A DNA stretch of 32,000 nucleotides from Pseudodesulfovibrio mercurii (GTDB lineage: Bacteria; Desulfobacterota; Desulfovibrionia; Desulfovibrionales; Desulfovibrionaceae), in NCBI RefSeq assembly GCF_000189295.2, contig NC_016803.1, positions 1,710,001-1,742,000 of the forward strand, read 5' to 3'. Every line of letters begins with the position of its first letter. Position 1 is the stretch's first letter. Positions 27,635-32,000 of this stretch are shown piece after piece. The position numbers and the translations under genes are program-made. Under the pieces are notes generated by a model. It was not told the origin of the DNA and made no database searches. It was given only the letters and a program-made list of their open reading frames with translations.

Positions 27635-30049
27635 TCAGTTCGTCCGGATGCGGGCCGCGTTGAGCCGCCCGTCCATGTACTGGGCCAGGGCGGCCACGGC
27701 CTGATCCGAGGTACGGAAGGTGCACAGCCCGGCCTGTTTCAGCCGATCCACCAGGGGGTCGTACTGGCGGCCGCCGTCCACCACGCCGATGACCGGGGTG
27801 TCGAGCCGGGGCAGCAGGTCGGCCAGGAGCGCGGCGATGGACCGCTCGTTGTCCATGGTCAGGGGGGTGTCCGGGTCGGCCAGGGTGCGCATGACCGGGG
27901 ACATGGGGTCCAGGCCGACCACCACCGCGTCCACGCCGGGGTCCGAGGCCAGGATGCGCACGGCCTCGGCATGGACCTGGTCGTCGGCCGCCGGGGTGAT
28001 GTCCAGGGGGTTGGTCACCGTGACCAGCCCGGCCAGCCGGTTGGCGGCCACGAGCGAGCGCAGGGCCTCGCGGGTGCCGTCGGCCAGGGGGGCCAGAGTC
28101 ATGGAGTAGTCGTCGCTCTGGATGGAGTCGGCCATGCCCACGGCCTCGAAGCCCGCGCCGGACACGGCGGCCAGCCGGTTGCCGCCGATGGTCTTGCCGT
28201 TCAGCCGCTCGGCCAGCATGAACAGGTTCTCGAACTGGGTGAAGGAGTGGGCCACGATGGCCCCGGCCTGGCGCACGCAGGCCTCGCAGACCGCGTAGTC
28301 CCCGGCCAGGGAGGCGGTGTGGCCGCTGGTGGCGGACTTGCCCTCCGGGGTGCGGCCCGCCTTGTAGAAGACAACGTCCTTGCCCGCGCGCACGGCCCGG
28401 CGCACGCCCCGGCAGAAATTCAGCCCGTCCAGGTCGTTGAACCCCTCGGCGTAGACCGCGATGACGTCCACGTCGTCGGCCCCGGCGAAATGCGCGACCA
28501 TGTCGCCGAGCGTCAGGTCGGTCTGGTTGCCCATGGAGACCATGTAGGCCGGGTTGAGGAAGGGGCACTGGGACAGCCGGGTGAGCATGAACGCGCCCGA
28601 CTGGGAGATGAAGGCCGCCCGGTGGTGGCCGCCCGGGGCCAGGGCGGGCAGTTTCTCCTCGGGGATGAACCAGGTGTCGTAGCGGCCGGGCCGGGAGACC
28701 ACGCCCATGCAGTTGCCGCCCAGGAAGACCGGCCCCGCGCCCACGGCGTGGGCCGCGTCGATGCGGGCGATCACCCCGGCGGCGCGCTCGCGGCTCTCCG
28801 CGGTCTCGCCCAGCCCGCCGGGGATGAGCATGACCGACCGGGCGCAGTCCAGGGCCACCAGTTCGTCCACCAGGGCCGGGACCTGGTCCGCGCCCACGGC
28901 GACCACGAACAGGTCGAGCACGCGGTCCAGCGACTTCAGGTCCGGGACGCAGGCCACCCCGTCGATCTCGGTCTCGCCCGGCTTGACCAGCCGCACGTTG
29001 CCGGCCGGAAAGCCCGCCTCGAGCACGTTCTTGAGGATGATCCGGCCGAAATTCATGCGCGAGGCCGAGACCCCGACGATGCCGATGGAGGACGGCTTGA
29101 GCAGGTCGGCGATGCGCCCCACCGGACGCGGGGCGCGGACCGATGTCGGTCCCGAGAAGCGGCACAGCCCGTCCAGGGGGACCATGAGGTAGTCGGCATA
29201 GGCGAACGGGTTGATCTCCAGCTCCTCGATGTGGAAGGGCGCGTCCGGATTGTCCGGGGAGTAGTGGTTGGCCATGTCGATGAAGGAGGAAAAGCACTCG
29301 ATGAGCTGCTCGTCGGTGACGATGCGCCGCTGTCCGCGCGTCAGCCCGGCCAGCTTGCGGTAGGAGATGGTTTTGCGGAACAGCTCGAAGAAGCGGACGC
29401 CGTCGGTCAGGGCCGTGGAGGCGATAGTCAGGGCCTGGCCCTTGCGGAACCGCTCGGCGTACAGCTCGGTGTCCGTGCCGCCCAGCCCGGCGGTGACGAC
29501 CATGCCGAACTCGCGGGTCTTGCGGATGCCCACCAGCAGCTCGTTGCCGAAGGCCGTGGAGTCCGGCTCCATGAACTGGACCATGAGCACCCCGCGCAGA
29601 TCGCGGGACACGGCCGTGACCAGGGGCTCTCCCGAAAGCCCGCGATAGGGCGCGGGCGCGGAACCGGGATCGCGCTCCAGGGCGGCGGCGTAGTTCTCCG
29701 GGACCTCGTAGAGCATGCGCCGCACGGCCGAGCGGATGGCGTCGGGCCGGTTCTCGACCACGCGCACTCCGCCCGCCTCGGTCTTGTGCACGATGGCGGG
29801 CGAGACGATCTTGAGAACCACCCTGTCGCCGGGCAGGACCGCAAGCTGCTCGTCCGTGAACCGTCCGCTCCGCTCCAGCAGCACGCAACCGGGCGGGGTC
29901 TCCGCGCCCGAGGCCTTGAGCAGGTCGTAGACCTCGTACTCGAACAGGGAATCGCGTCCCTGGGCGTGAGCCCGCTCGAACAGGGCGTCGATGGCCTCGA
30001 AATTGATCGCCACCTGAACCGAACCAAAGGCAAAATGGGCATCCGCCAT
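27635..30049 (-). CDS. NDP-forming acyl-CoA synthetase (acetate--CoA ligase, ADP-forming family), fused subunits in beta-alpha order
   Basis: GGAG lies 6 nt upstream of the ATG at 30049 (MADAHFAF...); the track start 30061 is a GTG. The N-terminal ATP-grasp-like part begins LFEYEVYDLLKASGAETPPG. It is followed by a CoA-binding part (SSIGIVGVSASRMNFGRIILKNVLEAGF) and the phosphohistidine loop SGHTASLAG. Confidence 0.8.
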   Translation of the reverse strand: MADAHFAFGSVQVAINFEAIDALFERAHAQGRDSLFEYEVYDLLKASGAETPPGCVLLERSGRFTDEQLAVLPGDRVVLKIVSPAIVHKTEAGGVRVVENRPDAIRSAVRRMLYEVPENYAAALERDPGSAPAPYRGLSGEPLVTAVSRDLRGVLMVQFMEPDSTAFGNELLVGIRKTREFGMVVTAGLGGTDTELYAERFRKGQALTIASTALTDGVRFFELFRKTISYRKLAGLTRGQRRIVTDEQLIECFSSFIDMANHYSPDNPDAPFHIEELEINPFAYADYLMVPLDGLCRFSGPTSVRAPRPVGRIADLLKPSSIGIVGVSASRMNFGRIILKNVLEAGFPAGNVRLVKPGETEIDGVACVPDLKSLDRVLDLFVVAVGADQVPALVDELVALDCARSVMLIPGGLGETAESRERAAGVIARIDAAHAVGAGPVFLGGNCMGVVSRPGRYDTWFIPEEKLPALAPGGHHRAAFISQSGAFMLTRLSQCPFLNPAYMVSMGNQTDLTLGDMVAHFAGADDVDVIAVYAEGFNDLDGLNFCRGVRRAVRAGKDVVFYKAGRTPEGKSATSGHTASLAGDYAVCEACVRQAGAIVAHSFTQFENLFMLAERLNGKTIGGNRLAAVSGAGFEAVGMADSIQSDDYSMTLAPLADGTREALRSLVAANRLAGLVTVTNPLDITPAADDQVHAEAVRILASDPGVDAVVVGLDPMSPVMRTLADPDTPLTMDNERSIAALLADLLPRLDTPVIGVVDGGRQYDPLVDRLKQAGLCTFRTSDQAVAALAQYMDGRLNAARIRTN

Positions 30050-30095
30050 GCCGTGCTCCACAGATGTTTCGGGCGGACAGCCGCCCGGCTGCCGG

Positions 30096-30881
30096 TTATT
30101 GCGCGTCCTCGGCCCGGTCGTAGGACCGGACGATGCGCTCGTATTTCCCGCCGTCGCGGATGGCCTTCAATCCCCGGTCGAACCGCCCGCACAGGGTCTC
30201 GTCGGCAAAAGCCACCTGCCGTTCCTGTTCCGGGAAGATCCGGCTGAAGCACACGTCCTGGTTCAGGTCCACGGACCGGGCCACCGGGGAGGACTTGAGC
30301 CGATTGCGCCAGTAGCGGAAGACGCGCAGTTCGGAGATGACCACGTCCACCCGCCCGGAAAAGAGCATGCGCACCTGGAGGGACTGGTCGGACAATTCGG
30401 CGTAGGAACCGTTGTCCCGGGCCATGGCCGCGAATTCGGGGCCAAGGTACTGGGCCGCGTCCTGAAACCCGAGGACCGCGTGTCCCGCCAGATCCCCGAT
30501 GGAAGCGATGGTCAGGTCCCGGCTCGCCAGGCTCACGGCGTAATTCTGGAAGGTCAGGGTCGGCGCCGAATAAAAGACCCGGCGTCCGGTGCGCCCGGCC
30601 AGGTCGTACCCCAGGCTGATGGCCAGGCAGTCCACGTCCCCTTCGGCGAAGGCCAGGGGCAGGCGCAGGTTGGGCAGGTAGACGAACTGCGTCTCCACCC
30701 CGGCCGCACGGAAGGCCGCCCGGATGAGGTCCACCTCGAGGCCGGCGTCCAGCGTGCGGATGGCGTAGGGCGCGATGGAAAAGCCGACGCCCACCCGGAC
30801 CGCCTGGGCGCTGGCCGCGACCGAGCCGCAGAGTACGACGGCCAACACGACCAAGGCCAGGAGGGAACGAAATCCACGCAT
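30096..30881 (-). CDS. Periplasmic solute-binding protein, family 3 (SBP_bac_3-like), with no adjacent ABC permease or ATPase
   Basis: The Sec signal is MRGFRSLLALVVLAVVLCGSVAASAQA. The layout is typical of the family: VRVGVGFSIAPYA..., ...AFAEGDVDCLA..., ...LFSGRVDVVI.... The gene ends 46 nt upstream of the acyl-CoA synthetase ATG at 30049. Confidence 0.7.
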   Translation of the reverse strand: MRGFRSLLALVVLAVVLCGSVAASAQAVRVGVGFSIAPYAIRTLDAGLEVDLIRAAFRAAGVETQFVYLPNLRLPLAFAEGDVDCLAISLGYDLAGRTGRRVFYSAPTLTFQNYAVSLASRDLTIASIGDLAGHAVLGFQDAAQYLGPEFAAMARDNGSYAELSDQSLQVRMLFSGRVDVVISELRVFRYWRNRLKSSPVARSVDLNQDVCFSRIFPEQERQVAFADETLCGRFDRGLKAIRDGGKYERIVRSYDRAEDAQ

Positions 30882-30931
30882 ACCGGGACCCTACCTTGAG
30901 TCCGGGAGGGAGTCCAGCCGGAGACGGACGG

Positions 30932-31750
30932 TCACAGCCAGTTCACTTCGGGTTCGGGGCGCGGAGGCAGGGTCGTGTAGCGCCGGGCCGGACGGCCGAG
31001 CATGAGCGCCCCGTAAACCGCCTCCCCGTCGGCCACGCCGAGCTGCGCCCGCACCCCGGCGTCGTGCGCCGCGGCGGCCAGCAGGTAGCCGCACCAGCAG
31101 GCCCCGAGCCCGGCGGCCGAGGCGGCCAGCTCCAGGTAGGCGGTGGCGATGACCCCGTCCTCGCGCGGAGTGATGCCCTGCCTCGGCCCCACGGCCGCGA
31201 CCAGGGCCGGGGCATGGCGGCAGATGAGATCCGCGCCCGCGTCCCAGGCACGGACGATGCCGGTCAGGTGCAGGGCGGCGGCCAGGTCCGTCCCGGCCTC
31301 GGCCTCGGCGCGCATCCAGGCGGCCACACCCCCCGCCATGCCGGCGACCTTGTCCGCGCCCGAGACCGCGACCCAGCGGGTGGGCCGGGCGTTGTGGCCC
31401 GAGGGGCAGTAGCCGGTCACGGCCAGGAGCCGCTCGAGAAGCGCGCGGTCCACGGGCTCGTCGCGGAAGGCGCGCACGGACCGGCGGCCCTTGAGAAACT
31501 GTTCGGCCTGGTCCAGGGAGATGGCCAGGGTCCGGTCCAGAGGCTCGCCGGGCCGGTCGAAGCGCGTCAGCCGGATGGCGTCCGCCGGGCAGACGGCCAT
31601 GCAGTGGCCGCAGTCCAGGCAGTAGGCCTGCTTCTTCTCGTGGGGTTCGGGCAATCCGCCCTCTTCGAAGACGATGCACCCGGCCGGGCAGTCGGCGGCG
31701 CACAGGCCGTCCCTCCTGCAGCGGGTCTCGTCGATGATGAACAATGCCAT
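30932..31750 (-). CDS. Ferredoxin-domain / nitroreductase-family fusion protein
   Basis: GGGAGG RBS, then the ATG at 31750 (MALFIIDE...); the longer track ORF starting at 31915 has no RBS. The N-terminal motifs are CRRDGLCAADCP and CLDCGHCMAVCP. The nitroreductase signature FLKGRRSVRAF follows. Confidence 0.8.
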   Translation of the reverse strand: MALFIIDETRCRRDGLCAADCPAGCIVFEEGGLPEPHEKKQAYCLDCGHCMAVCPADAIRLTRFDRPGEPLDRTLAISLDQAEQFLKGRRSVRAFRDEPVDRALLERLLAVTGYCPSGHNARPTRWVAVSGADKVAGMAGGVAAWMRAEAEAGTDLAAALHLTGIVRAWDAGADLICRHAPALVAAVGPRQGITPREDGVIATAYLELAASAAGLGACWCGYLLAAAAHDAGVRAQLGVADGEAVYGALMLGRPARRYTTLPPRPEPEVNWL

Positions 31751-31926
31751 GTCGGTCCTCCCGGGGTTGGTCCATACAGTCTGTCCGCTTGCCCCCTTGC
31801 AGGCAAGCATTGCGTTGACCGTCAAGCGGTTTTCCCGTATTTCCGTGCCACGGGCAGGATGGGAAATCTTGCCCGATTTGCGACGGTTCGACCGAAATCC
31901 GGTCAATTCATACAACGAGGTTTTTC

Positions 31927-32000
31927 ATGAGCACCAAACCCGAGGCCCCGGAAAAGGGCAAGGACTTCATCCGCCAGATCATCGACAGGGACATGGAGAG
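31927..32000 (+). CDS. glnS: Glutaminyl-tRNA synthetase, first 24 codons (runs off the window)
   Basis: MSTKPEAPEKGKDFIRQIIDRDME matches the characteristic GlnRS N-terminus (xNFIRQIIDEDL in E. coli GlnS). Confidence 0.7.
   Translation, partial: MSTKPEAPEKGKDFIRQIIDRDME

Noticed and set aside
26846-30247. 1133-aa plus-strand ORF and 930-aa minus-strand ORF (27096-29888) overlapping dctM and the acyl-CoA synthetase
   Set aside because: They are alternative or antisense frames of genes that carry clear family motifs. Their sequences are Arg/Gly/Pro/His-rich nonsense, and they run straight across the bidirectional terminator.
1-32000. Possibility that the window is a mobile or horizontally acquired island (phage, integrative element, CRISPR or defence locus)
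   Set aside because: I found no integrase, transposase or recombinase, no flanking tRNA, no long direct or terminal inverted repeats, and no CRISPR-like arrays. Coding regions look compositionally uniform. The gene content is core energy metabolism, signalling and transport.

Overview
Densely coding, visibly high-GC chromosomal segment of the sulfate-reducer (Desulfovibrionaceae) type. I saw no tRNA or rRNA genes, CRISPR arrays, transposases or integrases. The core is a complete hmcABCDEF operon (3302-9442) encoding the Hmc transmembrane redox complex. It includes the 43-codon hmcD, which the ORF track misses. Here HmcA carries 14 CXXCH motifs, not the 16 described for D. vulgaris. Downstream lies an enlarged signalling island (9462-16239): a tandem-USP protein, two stand-alone receiver proteins, a REC-PAS-PAS histidine kinase, an Rrf2-family regulator with a Cys triad, and a membrane histidine kinase. 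That last kinase has c-type haem attachment motifs (CRACH, CSPGPCH) in its periplasmic loop. It is followed by a NapC/NrfH-type tetrahaem quinol dehydrogenase coupled to an octahaem HAO-like cytochrome (16461-18429). Next come a PAS-GAF-PAS-PAS-GGDEF cyclase, an orphan AhpF-like Trx-fold/TrxR fusion, and a TetR-controlled TRAP transporter with two tandem DctP paralogues. A convergent minus-strand operon encodes a ferredoxin-nitroreductase fusion, an orphan SBP_bac_3 protein and a domain-permuted NDP-forming acyl-CoA synthetase. The left edge has a truncated CGGC-domain gene and a secreted-protein/lipoprotein pair of unknown function. The right edge has the start of glnS. The best candidate for something undescribed is the haem-c sensor kinase, Rrf2 and output-less receiver circuit lying between hmc and the NrfH/HAO-like module. 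All functional calls come from reading motifs by eye; no database search was run.
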